A stretch of DNA of 64,000 nt from Macrostomum hystrix (lineage: Eukaryota > Animalia > Platyhelminthes): the NCBI GenBank assembly GCA_950097015.1, contig CATNEN010000038.1:12772001-12836000 (forward strand). Direction: 5' to 3'. Each line of letters starts with the position of its first letter. Position 1 is the stretch's first letter. Both the position numbers and the translations under genes were made by a program. A model generated the notes under the pieces. It made no database searches. It was not told the DNA's origin and saw nothing but the letters and a program-made list of their open reading frames with translations. Below are positions 24,801 through 38,165 of this stretch, in pieces.

Positions 24801-27800
24801 ATCTATTGAAATCTACCAAATCTAATATATTGAAATCTAGCAAATATAATCGATTGAAATCTACCAAATATAATCTATTAGAATCTACCAAATCTAATAT
24901 ATTAAAATCTACCATATCTAATCAATTAAAATCTACCATATCTTATTATCTAATCAATTAAAATCTACCAAACCTAATCTATTGAAATCTACCAAACCTA
25001 ATCTATTGAAATCTACCAAACCTAATCTATTGAAATCTAGCAAAAAATGTTTATTTAAATCTATAGAAATAATAACTTACTATTATTATTATTTTTTATT
25101 ACACCTGCCCCAATCAGGCCAAATGTGCAGCCGACAGCCCAGCCGTAGCTATTGTGCAGCGCATCTGAAGACTGCGTACGGCTGTTCTGTCCATGGACTG
25201 GGGGGCGCTAAACCCAACCTCAATTACCCCAACAGATTCTGGTACCCATTTAACAGCTGGGTGAACTGAATCTAGGCAGAGTTAAGTGTCTTGTCAAAGG
25301 ATGCAAATTGTTCCAGTGGAGTAGGGAATCGAACCCACGACCTTCAAGGCCGGTGCCCCAACCAAGAGGCTACAAACACGTCTGAAATATAACAAAGTTT
25401 ATGCATTCTATGTATTCTAAAATCTACCAATCTGGCCTATCATATTCAGCCTATCATATTTATCAGCAATAGCCAGCCTTACCAGCTGCGTCTCCAGCAG
25501 TGCACAGCAGGGTGCTCAGGAACACGGGCTTATGGTCGCCAAGGCAGTCGGTCATGCCCAATACGGCGTATTGCGTCGGCAAGTCAGGCGGGCAGAGCAG
25601 GGCCCGGCGGACTGAGTGGCTGCACAGGACGCGGTCGCACCAGCCGGGCAGGCGTGTTGGCATGTAGTTGAGGGCGGCCCCCGCCTCCTGGCAGTCCTCG
25701 CTGAACGGATAAGTTGGCGGAAATGTCACCGGAAACTCGAACAGCTGCTGGTCGAACGATTTCAATTCGAAATCTAGCTTGTTTAGCTGTGCATTGCGAT
25801 TTGCAAAGGGGGCGTTTTATGAAATTTGCTTTAATCTGAGAAAGGAAAACAAACGATATGTGTAGAAATTTTCCAAAATTGAAGCAGAAATGTGTTTACG
25901 AGCTAACTATTGCCTCGTTTAATGCGCATTTTTGTAAATTTTCAGATACGTAATAATCGAAATGTATCAAAATAGCAGAGTAATAATACTAGCGATGAGC
26001 AATCTATATATCAAGAACAACACGAAATTACGATATGTATTGAAAATCACAAATTTTAAATGCCCAATATGTAACGAAACTGTCAAATTATCACAGCTGA
26101 CATGTATAAAAAAGGGTAAGAAGCAGATCTCAATCACTTACCCAGGAGTTCTTGTTCTCGTAGAATTCGTTTATGCCGTCTGCGTTGCGTCGCTCGAACA
26201 GCTTCTTGCCGATGGACAGCAGGCTGGCAGTGGCCGTCTCGCCGTTGCGCGGCCCGGCAGCCAAGAAGTCGATGCGGCTGGGCCGGCCGTTCTTATCCAG
26301 CTGCTCGCGACGCTCCGCGCCGTCAGCGATCGACTGTGGGTAATGACAGTCAAGAATTTTTACCATTATTGTCAAAATTGGGTTGTAGCCCTAGTGGTTT
26401 GAGCGCCGGACTCACGACTTGAAGGTTGGGGGTTCGATTCCCGACTCCACTGAACCAATCATTATTATGTCTAAAGGGAAAAATATCGAACAACTTGAAA
26501 GGCAACCAACCTTCAGATAGGCGAGCATGTCCAAACGAAAGTTGAAGTCGCCGAACAGGAAGGTCGGGAGTTCGATGATTTCGGCGCCGTCTCTCAGCTG
26601 GTCAAGAGTCCAGGCGAACGCGTTGCGCCTATAGTCCGCGTAGATCGAAGGAGTCTGGGTGGATTTTAGTTGGGGTTGAGACACATTGATGATGTCATGA
26701 ATTACTGAGATAATCGACCTGGTGTGGTGGGTGCGGATTCGAACTCCTGGACCTCTGCGCCAGAGTCAGATGCTATAGTAATCTACCTAAAGACTGCCTT
26801 CTGCTATCTAGCTACCAGCTATCCATATTTAGTTTTGTTAGCACATTTGTGGCTTATAAAGGCGCACTGTTGACAGGTACTGTCTTACCTGAGTCATGCT
26901 TTCCAGGTTGGAGTCGTCGTGAAACAGGTGAACATTAACTAAGTCGAAGGTTAACAAACCGGCCTGCCAACGAGTTCGCATGTAGCCTTTGCGAGACCAG
27001 GTGCGCTGCGGATTCGAGGTTTGTTAGGCTTGGGATTAGCGGTTGAAAAGGGCGAGTTTGCAGTAAGGGAGTGGGGTTAGCAGTTAATAAGAGCGAGTGT
27101 ACAGCAAGGGAGTGGGGTTGGTGGTAGAGAAGAGCGAGTGTGCAGTGCAGTTAATGAGTTGGATTGGTGGTTGATAAAAGCGAGAGTATAGTACGGGAGT
27201 GGGGGGTTTGTGGTTGATAAGAGCGAGTGTACAGTTAAGGAGTGGGGTTGGCGGTTGATAAGAGCGAGTGTGCAGTGGTGAAGGGGTTTTGTGGGGAGTT
27301 GGTACTGATTCCAAAGCTTAGAAAACAAAGCTTACATTAGGAAATAGTTCCAATGGAAATTTCTGCTTATCTTTCTCGCCAACCGTTTCAATTGAGCCAT
27401 CGTAGACCTGAGAAAGTTAACGTAACGAAAAATGGCATTAGTCTTCGAGGCGGAGAACTTAAAACACGATCCGGAATTAAACTGCCTTTTTCTTTAAGCG
27501 CCACCAAAACTCCGATAATCCCCAACGAGAGTTACAGCCTAAAAAAACTTTAAATCCCAGTTCCCAATGGCATTTTTAATTTCGCTCAAGCTGAAGCTAC
27601 ATACTAATCCATTCGCTAAAATAATAACATGGGGCAGATATGAGAGAAAAATCAATAAAAAGGAAGACGAGATCGAAGGAGATATAAAAGTGCAAGCTGG
27701 CCTTCTTTACAACGAAGATGAAGACACGCGAAGCAGGCACGAAGGTGTTCAAATATTTATTTAGATATGAGGAAATAGCATTATCTGAGTGTTTGTAATG

Positions 27801-30800
27801 TGCCTTGGAACTATCCAAGCCAATGTCGGTAAACTAAACGGAGAGGGAGGAAAACGTTGACACAAGGACCAAAGACGAACTTAATCGCGTGTGTTCCACA
27901 ATGAATAAGAAAACATCCCAGCACAGAGCAGACAAAATACTCACCTTCGAATCGCTAATGGCGACAAACTTGGAGCTGGCGAAATCCCAGATGCGAATAT
28001 CGCCGATTCGCGAGTGCACAAAGTACAGAGATCCTAGAGCCTGCGAATCAGCAACGCAACTGTAAACATGATCTGTGTGACTGTGCGAACATGATCTGTG
28101 TGACTGTGTGAACATGATCTGTGTGACTGTTTGAACATGATCTGTGTGACTGTGTGAACATGATCTGTGTGACTGTGCGAACATGATCTGTGTGACTGTT
28201 TGAACATGATCTGTGTGACTGTTTGAACATGATCTGTGTGACTGTGTGAACATGATCTGTGTGACTGTTTGAACATGATCTGTGTGACTGTGTGAACATG
28301 ATCTGTGTGACTGTGCGAACATGATCTGTGTGACTGTTTGAACATGATCTGTGTGACTGTTTGAACATGATCTGTGTGACTGTGTGAACATGATCTTTGT
28401 GACTGTGTGAACATGATCTGTGTGACTGTGTGAACATGATCTGTGTGACTGTGTGAACATGATCTGTGTGACTGTTTGAACATGATCTGTGTGACTGTGT
28501 GAAAATGATCTGTGTGACTGTGTGAACATGATCTGTGTGACTGTGTGAACATGATCTGTGTGACTGTGTGAACATCATCTGTGTGACTGTGTGAACATGA
28601 TCTGTGTGACTGTGTGAACATGATCTGTGTGACTGTGTGAACATGATCTGTGTGACTGTGTGAACATGATCTGTGTGACTGTGTGAACATGATCTGTGTG
28701 ACTGTGCGAACATGATCTGTGTGACTGTGTGAACATGATCTGTGTGACTGTGTGAACATGATCTGTGTGACTGTGTGAACATGATCTGTGTGACTGTGTG
28801 AACATGATCTGTGTGACTGTGTGAACATGATCTGTGTGACTGTGTGAACATGATCTGTGTGACTGTGTGAACATGATCTGTGTGACTGTGCGAACATGAT
28901 CTGTGTGACTGTGCGAACATGATCTGTGTGACTGTTTGAACATGATCTGTGTGACTGTGTGAACATGATCTGTGTGACTGTGCGAACATGATCTGTGTGA
29001 CTGTGCGAACATGATCTGTGTGACTGTGTGAACATGATCTGTGTGACTGTTTGAACATGATCTGTGTGACTGTGTGAACATGATCTGTGTGACTGTGTGA
29101 ACATGATCTATGTGACTGTGCGAACATGATCTGTGTGACTGTGCGAACATGATCTGTGTGACTGTGTGAACATGATCTGTGTGACTGTGCGAACATGATC
29201 TGTGTGACTGTGTGAATATGTGCAGTAGAAAAACGCAAGAAAAATTTGTTCTGTAATTTTACAGACGCACCGTGAAAGTCTCAGCAGTTTTGAAGTCCTC
29301 GTCAAGAAAAATGCGCGCCTTGTCGTACTCTTTCAAGGCCTGCGAGGTCTGGAGGTCGCTGGAAATAAATTGAACCGATTATGCGCATATCCTAGCATCT
29401 TACTCAACGATCAGCCTTTTATTTCAATTCAATAAAATCCAATTCAATAGCTGGGTAGCTAATCCTACAACTGACACCCAGCTAATCCTACAACTGACAC
29501 CCAGCTAATCCTACAGCTGACACCCAGCTAATCCTACAACTGACACCCAGCTAATCCTACAACTGACACCCAGCTAATCCTACAACTGACACCCAGCTAA
29601 TCCTACAACTGACACCCAGCTAATCCTACAACTGACACCCAGCTAATCTTACAACTGACACCCAGCTAATCCTACAGCTGACACCCAGCTAATCCTACAA
29701 CTGACACCCAGCTAATCCTACAACTGACACCCAGCTAATCCTACAACTGACACCCAGCTAATCCTACAACTGACACCCAGCTAATCCTACAACTGACACC
29801 CAGCTAATCCTACAACTGATACCCAGCTAATCTTACAACTGACACCCAGCTAATCCTACAGCTGACACCCAGCTAATCCTACAGCTGACACCCAGCTAAT
29901 CCTACAACTGACACCCAGCTAATCCTACAACTGACACCCAGCTAATCCTACAACTGACACCCAGCTAATCTTACAACTGACACCCAGCTAATCCTACAAC
30001 TGACACCCAGCTAATCCTACAACTGACACCCAGCTAATCCTACAACTGACACCCAGCTAATCCTACAACTGACACCCAGCTAATCCTACAACTGACACCC
30101 AGCTAATCTTACAACTGACACCCAGCTAATCCTACAGCTGACACCCAGCTAATCCTACAGCTGCCACCCAGCTAATCCTACAGCTGACACCCATCTAATC
30201 CTACAGCTGGCCTCCAGATAATCCTACAGCTAAAAATGAGCGAACGAAAAACTGACACTGCAAACTGTACTGATAATGCTTATTCAGTTCTAACTAATGA
30301 TACTACTCGTCTAACTGAAATGTCTTAGCTAGTATGTCATAGCAAGTACGAGCGATAACTCAATGAAGTTATTCAAGACACGACGCTCACTGAATCCAAT
30401 TTTTAACGTTGGGCATTGACTGAGCAAAATTTTTGCCCCCAACCTCCTGGCAGTGCAGGGCGATGAAGTCTGGATCTTTGTCACTGATGATCTGCGGGAT
30501 ATGTATATTCACATTGCAGAGAGGTAACTGAATTAAATGTTTTAAAACAAAATTGCTTACCTGATAGAAATGCTTTAGCCACTTTTGAAACAGATTATCT
30601 GGCTGTATGAATGGTTGTTAAAAAAGAAAGAAAACAATTAAAATTACTGGTAAGTAAACCCTATATATACTTATGAACTAATAATATTTGTTACCATATG
30701 TATAGCTAGTTTTATTATTTAATGAGCAATTTTTGAGATTTTTGTACATATAATATTCAATATTCAATATTACTTTAAACTTAAAATTTATTTTTTTCAA

Positions 30801-32292
30801 ATCTGTACTATTCACTTGCCTGGTCGAATTCACTTATAGTTTGATAGTTAATTAAAAGTAAACAGACCATGGGGACTTCAAATACCCACGTTTTTCTTTC
30901 TTCTGGGCCTGAGCACTACTTACTACAAAGCACTTACAAAGTTAGGATAAAAGATTACACATAGTAATAAGAAATTTATCAAAAGTGAATAATAATTAGC
31001 TGAAATTCAAAATATGTGGCTACCCATTTCTTCTCTTACGAAAACTAGTAGGCTCTGGGTGGTCAGATACAATCAGCTCATGCTGTACTGCACAGCAATC
31101 ATAGAAAGCATAGCTCTGTATGCTTCCAAGGCCTGGGGGGCTTCTTGTGGACCCTGGGTCCTTGGGACCTTGGTCTTTTTGAAAATGTAAACATTAGGTG
31201 CTATAAGGCCATACTACAAGTCAGCCAAAATATGGATGGCAATGGGGCCCACTCAGAATTAAGCAGATTGCCTTTAATATACAATATCCAGAAGAGAAGC
31301 ATATCATACTGGGCATACATGTGCAACCTCCCAAATCTTAGCTGGCCGTGCGACTTAGTTTTTGCTCTATTTACGACTTAGTTTGCTCTCATTTGCTCTA
31401 TTTTTCTCTCCCCTTTTTCCTCTTCTTCACGCCTTCCTTTTTTGTCCCTTGGTCCCCCCCTTTGATTTTTTTGCGCTTGGTTGATTGGTTTTTGTGACTT
31501 ACCTTGCTTGGCCCTCATTTCACCCGGCCGATTCGGCTGGGTCGGCCGGGTGTTGCGCATGTATGATACTGGGCCTCCATAACAAGCCAACTAGACTCCA
31601 TAAATTTCTACTTATAATTAGCAGACCCAATATAGTGATGTTGGAATCAAGACAAAAATCAACAATGAAGTTATGCTGAACTGCAGAAGCAGTCATCTTG
31701 CAAAAGCAATTAGAAACCACCAGAAAATTTTTTCTTAGTTCAATACCAATTGGAGACAAAGGATACAGAACTCAAGCAAGCTAAGTCACTTACTATTATT
31801 ATTTTAAGCAATATTATTCAGCCAAGAAATATTTACAAGACATGTCCAAGACAAGACATCTTACTTGTTGCAAGTAAAATAGCAAAATGTTTTAATAAGA
31901 TAGCTAAAATAGTCCAAACTTTGTCCAGTTATTTGATTTTTTTAGTTAATAGTACAATTAATTTTATTTTGTTACTTAGTTCTTTCTTGTTTACAATAAC
32001 AAGATTAGGCATTAGTTTTTTTGCTACAGAATTACTATTTTTAGATCAATCAAATGTTTCTAGAGCCTTTAAATAGTAAAATATAGGGCCTATATTTCGT
32101 TTTTTTCAAAACCACTGTTTCATTTGATCATAGTTATAATTAGCTACAGTTTGGCCTATATCTGATAAATTTTTATGTGTAAATTCTTTTTGATTAGCAT
32201 GTGCACACAAGTCTATGTTCACACCATTAACTCACATCATCAAACAGAGAGCCAACATTTGCAGTAATTAGAAGTGTTTTTAAATTCTTCAT
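21885..32292 (-). CDS. INPP5A: Type I inositol-1,4,5-trisphosphate 5-phosphatase, at least 11 exons, about 462 aa
   Basis: Exons 32292-32236, 30602-30561, 30491-30391, 29358-29271, 28040-27945, 27407-27336, 27005-26889, 26654-26511, 26333-26142, 25786-25483 and 22060-21885, with consistent phases. Motifs LITANVGSLF, IALHCQEVGGKN, WSRKGY, DLVNVHLFHD, FGDFNFRLD, FPPTYPFSED, PGWCDRVL, GDHKPV. Confidence 0.93.
22178..22772. repeat. C/T-rich minisatellite (CTCTGCCCA[T/C]CT...) in the last INPP5A intron
   Basis: Tandem 17-19-bp variants. Confidence 0.92.
23603..23950. repeat. 20-bp minisatellite (GTGACAGAGGATGAGTAGGA)
   Basis: Near-perfect period of 20. Confidence 0.96.
24652..25042. repeat. 24-bp minisatellite (AAATCTACCAAATCTAATCTATTG)
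   Basis: Tandem periodicity of 24. Confidence 0.92.
25078..25373 (-). mobile_element. tRNA-derived SINE with a CORE-like central domain and (TAA)n tail
   Basis: On the minus strand: A box (GTAGCCTCTTGGTTGG), B box (GGGTTCGATTCCC), then CCTTTGACAAGACACTTAACTCTG...CAGTTCACCCAGCTGTTAAATGGG resembling the MIR CORE consensus, and a (TAA)n tail at 25078-25100. Confidence 0.7.
26380..26449 (+). other. Degenerate tRNA-like sequence or SINE head in an INPP5A intron
   Basis: A box TAGCCCTAGTGG and B box GGTTCGATTCCC. The anticodon stem does not pair. Confidence 0.55.
27030..27300. repeat. Degenerate minisatellite of about 43 bp (GGGAGTGGGGTTGG...ATAAGAGCGAGTGT)
   Basis: About 6 recurring units. Confidence 0.75.
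28064..29218. repeat. 23-bp minisatellite (AACATGATCTGTGTGACTGTGTG), about 50 copies
   Basis: Near-perfect period of 23. It fills almost the whole intron. Confidence 0.97.
29457..30231. repeat. 23-bp minisatellite (AGCTAATCCTACAACTGACACCC), about 33 copies
   Basis: Near-perfect period of 23. Confidence 0.97.
30990..31345 (+). mobile_element. Degraded non-LTR retrotransposon fragment (region C-terminal to RT)
   Basis: LMLYCTAIIESIALYASKAW and, in another frame, YKAILQV...GAHSELSRLPLIYNIQKRSISYW resemble LINE ORF2 thumb/C-terminal motifs. Frameshifted. Confidence 0.6.
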
Positions 32293-33299
32293 ATTTTGTG
32301 AGTTTGCTTTAAAGTTAGAGTACATATTGGGGTTTAAAAGAGATTGGTAGAAAGTGAGTACAGAAATAATTAAAGTGATGAAAACTACTATCAAAGCAAA
32401 AAAGCTGCTTCGACTGCAGTAATTAGTAAAAATAGTGCTAATCACTTTTGACAGCCCAAAAAAAAGAATAATAATAATCTTGAAATTGTGTTTTGTAGAG
32501 TAAATAAAGGGTTCGATTTAGTCAACTAGATTAAGGTATCACGAATTTGTTGCACACTGTAATTAGAAGGAACATTTGTATCAATTATATTTCAGTAAAC
32601 AAACTTTTTTCTTAAAGTTTCGAGACTGCGAGACCGTCTCTTCAAAAAGACACAGAAAAGCTATAAAATGCAATGCATTAGCAAAAAGCGGTTTCGTAGA
32701 ATCAGAAAAAAATACAAAAATATCACTTACAATTTTCGTTCTCTTAAAATTATATCAGATTATTATAAAGCAGGTTTTAAAAGGTATATCTTATTTACTA
32801 ACATAGTGTCTAAAGGAGAATCAGAAATATATTCCGAAAAAAGTCGGCTGTTTTATTTTACTCCTTTCTTTAAAATGTGCTCGGCTCACGCCTTTAAAAT
32901 GGGCGACAAAATCGTTTGGTTTAAGGCATTTACTAAGACGCTTGTACATGCACAACCTACGAAAGTAAATTAGTAGAGTACATACTATGGTACTAACTAC
33001 TTGTAGCTAACTACTACAGTGGTCCTTGTGTATGGTAAATGTTCTCGAAAAAGCTCAGAACCAAACCAAAAGGTTTGGTAGCACATTTTCATCTCATCAG
33101 TCTATTTAGTCCACATGCTTGTTTTTCTCCGAGTCCTGGTTCTGTCTGGGAAACTTATCCCTAGAGCTGCAGGACTACAATGTGCCAGTTCGTGCATTGA
33201 AGCCACCTACTTTCAATACGGCCCTCCCTTGAGAAAAGCTTGATGAGCTCCTAATATATTATATCTTTATATTAGGCAAAAGTGTTAGAGGACTCGATC

Positions 33300-35215
33300 T
33301 GAGCGGCTAAAGGACTCCTCCACCCCACCGGCGATTGCAGTTGTTGCTGTACAGGCTTGGACAGGTGGTCTTAGTCGACGTGACGAAAGTGGCGGTCATC
33401 GAGGCGCCTGACACTAACTTTTTGGTATCTGTTGCGGTACCCAAAGCTGCTTCTGCGATAGTTGCTGGGCCACGTGTTGGCGCGATAGCCACTTTTAAAG
33501 TTTTTGTGGTCTCCGTTGTTGTTGTCGTAATTGTTGTTGATTCGATAGCGGCTACCTCGTCGACTGCTGTCAACATAAGCTCTTTCTGTTGCTGATTCGG
33601 TAGTACGCTCGTATCTTTTGCTGCGGATGTAATTGGCAAATATAATAAAGCTGGCATCTCGAACTGGGTAGAATGTAGATGGTTTGCTCTCGATAGCTCC
33701 TGTGTGGCCAGTTGCAGTGCTGCCTCGTGACTCTCAGTCTCTATAGTTGTATTGATGCCTGTTTGTTGGCACTGTTTGTTGGCGCTCGTTCTCTGTTAGT
33801 CGGATGCGGGCGTACTTTCAAGTTTAGATTTCGAAAATACCTCGTACATTTGGACATTTATGCAAACAAAAAGTCCGCTCCGCTGCTGTTGAATTCACCG
33901 TCGAAGTGAATTTCATGAAAGTCAAATGTTAATAGCTGATGCTTAACGCCATATTCACTCAGTTCTTTCTCCAAGAGTTGGTTGTTTGTGTCAAACTGTC
34001 CGGGATAATGAGTATAGGTGCAGGCAATTTACACTGTTGACTTTGTCAAATGTGACTACTCTGTAAATGCTGCCTCCATTGATGGCTCATGGTTGAGGTC
34101 TATTACCAGACATTCTTGTGCACTGAAGTTTGGCTCTACAGTAACTAAATGAGCCTTTCTTGAGTATTGTTGTAGACAACTCGGATCGTACTATTCGGGA
34201 AGAGTTTGCGATAGTCTTTGAGCTAGCGAACGACTATGTTGTGCTTTTTCAGACCTTCTTTAATTTTCTGCTTGGTACTGCTGCTGCTTTCTGCCTCCGC
34301 TGATTTCGAGTCCCTTGCGGCAGTTCCTGATGTTTTCTCTGCATTTGTACTAGCGCTGTATGACATCGTCACATTTTTTTATGAGGCTGTTGGGTTCTCT
34401 GAGTGCGAGGCCTTTTCAGCATACGTCTCCCGTCCTCATGCCCCTTCACCCGTCACCTTAGTGAACACCAGCGCTTGCAGACTGACCAGTTCACCGACCT
34501 TCTGCTCGAGGCTGTGTCTGATTTGTTGACTTTTTATTACTTCTGCCTTCACTGCTCTTTCTTCGTTAAGAATAGCATCCTTAGTTGAGCCACTTGTTTG
34601 TTTGAGATGGTTCAAAACGTCGGATGTCGTGATATTTAGCGCTTCCACCAGATCCGTATGACTTTCTTTGGCTTTTGCCTCTAATTCAAGCATTAGACTG
34701 GTGGTCAACGATTATAGTGCATTGCGAGTCTTCTGAATGTACTCGTCAATTGAAAGGCTAATTTTCAGTTGCTTTACAGCTTCACTAAGCACCGCTAGCT
34801 GCTACTCCTTCCTCGAGAGATTTCAATCGTTTCCAGCCTGTATCCATCAGTATAGGTTGCTCTCTGAGTTAGTTGCAGCATCTACTGGAGTCAACTCTGT
34901 CTGCACAGCTTTGTCAGCTCCCTTCATGGGCGGTCTCCTTTTTCAGAACTTTTTGGTCTTCGGGACCTTGAAGCTTGCATCTTCTAACGCAGTCGTCTCT
35001 TCGGCTGACGCAGCTGCTTTTGCTTCCGCTTCCCGAGTCGCGTCTTGGCTTCTTGGAGAGGCTGGCTGATTAAATGAGATGTCGAAGTGACCGTCAGTTG
35101 CGTCATTCGATTCAGATTTTTTCCTTTCATCGATTTTCTGCTCAGACGTCTTTACTGCAATGTCCATACTGGTTTCTGTGGGCTTCGGGTCATAACGGGC
35201 TAGGGGCATCGTTTA
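33300..35215 (-). pseudogene. Decayed coding sequence, possibly a LINE ORF1 (coiled coil plus SGNH-esterase-like tail)
   Basis: A chain of broken minus-strand ORFs (34943-35209, 34436-34708 helical, 33307-33657). The segment KIACTY..PGQFDTNNQLLEKEL...HFDGEFNSSGADFLF loosely resembles the end of an ORF1 esterase domain. Many stops. Confidence 0.3.
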
Positions 35216-36032
35216 ATTTTGGCACAATGTGGCGAGATGTCACTTTGATGCGTGGTGCGATTTCCCTCGTCTTTAGGACCTAATGTCTGAACTTAGTCTG
35301 ACAGTCTCTTGCATCACCAGCATGCTGCCTGTGTTGACATTATTAATGAGTAGTTATTATTCTAGTTGTTATTCTCTTTCCATTCTAATCCACAGTTAGG
35401 AGTATAAATTTCCATAAGCAAATGTCCTGCGAGGTTCATTGTGCTCAATTCTTCTTATTATGAATCGCCGCGACTCCCATAGAGTGGTTTGCAATAACTT
35501 GTCAAATAGTACAGTGGGATCTAAGTCGAGGAAATCGCGGCAGTAGATAAACGGCTGGCCATCCACTTTAGCACACTAGCTCGACCGACCTCTGTAACTT
35601 GGACTGCTATCCATTTGTGCGCTCTCTCTCTCTCGAATAAATGAGGATCTCCACTGTGTTGCCTTGTCGCTGTGCTCTCAGGGGGGAGGCGTTAAGCTTA
35701 TTGGGTCGGATAGATTTTACATATAGGCATACAAAACATTGTTAAAATAGTTGATTAGAGCTAAATATCTAGCAATGCAAAGTCAGCAAGGTCTCAGTGT
35801 GTTGGTTGTTAAGGCACGGTAAAATTAATACTGCACTTTGATTCACTTCACTTCTTTGGCTTGATTTATAATACTGAAAATTATTAGGTGATTACTCGTG
35901 ATTACTATCTAATAGAAATTTTTCAACATAACATTTTAGTTTCCAAAATGGCAGTACACATATGCTTACAGTAGAGTTTTCATTTTAGTGACGCAAATTA
36001 AAATTGTTCCCACGCGCAAAGGCTAAACCTTT

Positions 36033-38165
36033 TTAAACTGGATTAACAGTCGCTTGCTTGTACTTCAAGAACACAAAGACTAAAGCCGCTCCAGTGATTA
36101 GGTTGGTTGGCAAAAGAACGCCCAAGGTGACGGCGGCGGCGGTGTTGAAGGTATAATCGCAACTAATACTGGGACCGATCGGAGGTCGAGTTTCGGCTTC
36201 AGTCGAGGTTATCCTTGGCGCTTGTGTTGTTGTCGTGGCCTGTTGTTCGACGAGGCCGTTGACAAAGCCGAGCGTATGGTCCCAGAAGCCGCAGTCATTT
36301 CGACGGAAACCGTATGGCACATTGTAGCTAGCACCTGAGTTGTCCAGTTGGGTAGTGAAGTTGTGATAGAACCTGTGGCTGCTGTTGTACTTGGCCCAGA
36401 CCTGCTCGTTGTCCCTGGGTACAGGGTCTCCGGTGGCTACGAACTTTGCCAGGTAGTCCATCATGCGCTCAGACAGCAGGGTCTGGAGTGGGTTCACAAT
36501 CGGAGCGTCGTCGGTCGGGTTTCCGAAGAAGTAGTACGCGTCCGAGCCGTGAGAGGCACCGACGTAGTTGGTGGCGAAGTTGTCCTGCTCGGAGAACACG
36601 TAGAAGTAGATGTCGTTCGCCGTGCCCTGAATTGAAGGGTAGATAAATGGGAAAGGTACATTTATTTGGTGGTTTCCAATAATACGAGTATTTCAGAGCG
36701 ACTGCTCTATTCATTGGTAGGATGAAGCCACCTCTTCTGGTCGCTAAATATTTGAATTCACAGCACAAAAGAATGAAGCGTGAATTTAGCCTACTTATAA
36801 AAAGCTTTTAAATCTCACCTGAGCCTTGGAGTGCATTCTCTCGGCGAAATCGTTCGCAGCACATACAAAGATCCTGTCCGATGCTCCTTTGATCCATTGC
36901 TGGAACTGAGCAGGACCTGAAGGGTTGCCGAAGTCTGTCAGTCGATCAAACAGCACATTCTGACCGGTTACACTCAGCTGATCCGGCTGCCTCTCAAAGT
37001 ACCTGAACTGGTCTCGAAGAACTCTCTCGTAGGTGGTCCTGTTGGCCAGCTGGTCCTGGGTCAGCCTCTGCGACTCCAGGCTGCGCTCAACGTACACAGC
37101 AGCCTCGGAGTTGGTCACGCCGATCATGAGGTTCATGCCCTCAAAGCGACCGTTGCGGAAGGCCTCCACGGGATCTTCCTTGATGTAGTCTCCGTCGATG
37201 ACAGGCGGGAACTCGATGCCTTGGAACAGGCGGTTGTAGTTCGCTTGCTCTCTGATCAGGTTCTCAGGAGAGACATCGCGAAGGCACTCAATCGTAGCAC
37301 TGAAGTTACCCTGCGTCGGGGGCGGGCAGTTGAGCTGACGGACGGCGAAATCCAGGTGAATCCTCTCCACAAGAGCTGTGCTCTGACGCACCGACCAGAA
37401 AACTAGCGGGGATCCGCCGAGCATGACGGCACGCTTGAAGAATGTCCGTGTCCTCTCGTTCAGCATGTGGTATCCGATAGCCGCGGCGCCGGCGTCCAGA
37501 CCCATCAGCGTCACGGTCTGCAGGTTGCCTCCGAATTTCTCGATGTTGAGGTGCACGTACTCGAGTCCGAGAGCCTGATCCTTCAGGCCCATGTTGCCGG
37601 GAGCCTGGGTGGCGCTGAGACGAAGGAAGCCGAGAACGCCAAGTCGGTATTGCAGACTCACCGTAACGATTGACTCGTGAGATGTGAGCACACGACCTGA
37701 GTAGCTCTCGTCTGTGATGGAGCCGCTCTCAAAGCGACCACCGTGGATCCACACGAGCACCGGGTAGCTTCCAGGGTTCGTGGACGTGCCATTGTACGGC
37801 GTCCAGATATTGGCAGCGATGCAGCTCTCATCCATGTTCGTGAAGTCATTGCTTGCTCCGGGATCTTGGAAGCACATGCGATCGAAGTCGAGTACATCCT
37901 GGACGAAGTCCCACTGGGTGAAGACGGGGTGAGCGAACCGGAACTCTCCGGTGGGGACCTTGGCGAAGTTGATGCCAAGGAAGGAGCCGATGTGCACCGT
38001 CGAGTTTTCGGCAGCTCCGCTCGTCTCGATCACGGCGCCCCTGATTGGTCCAGTTGTGGTGTTGACTGTGAGGTACCTGACGATGGTGAAGTTTCGCTGC
38101 GCAGAAGCTGCTGTGGCAGCGAGTGCCAGCAGCAGCAGCAGCAGACAGGTATGGGTCAATGCCAT
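36033..38165 (-). CDS. Carboxyl/cholinesterase-fold type-I membrane protein, copy B, about 646 aa, Ser replaced by Asp
   Basis: Exons 38165-36819 and 36626-36033 (phase 0). Signal peptide, GLDAG elbow, GVTNSE, GASHGSD, Thr-rich stalk, TM helix, short tail KYKQATVNPV. Confidence 0.93.

Noticed and set aside
26380-26449. Functional tRNA-Val(CAC)
   Set aside because: The anticodon stem does not pair and the acceptor stem is weak. Treated as a SINE head or pseudo-tRNA.
27834-29305. His/Thr-rich ORFs of 190-396 aa
   Set aside because: They come from a 23-bp intronic minisatellite lying between two well-defined INPP5A exons.
36033-36070. Calling the esterase-like genes neuroligin or acetylcholinesterase
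   Set aside because: There is no catalytic Ser, so not AChE. There is also no long cytoplasmic tail or T-x-V PDZ end typical of neuroligins.
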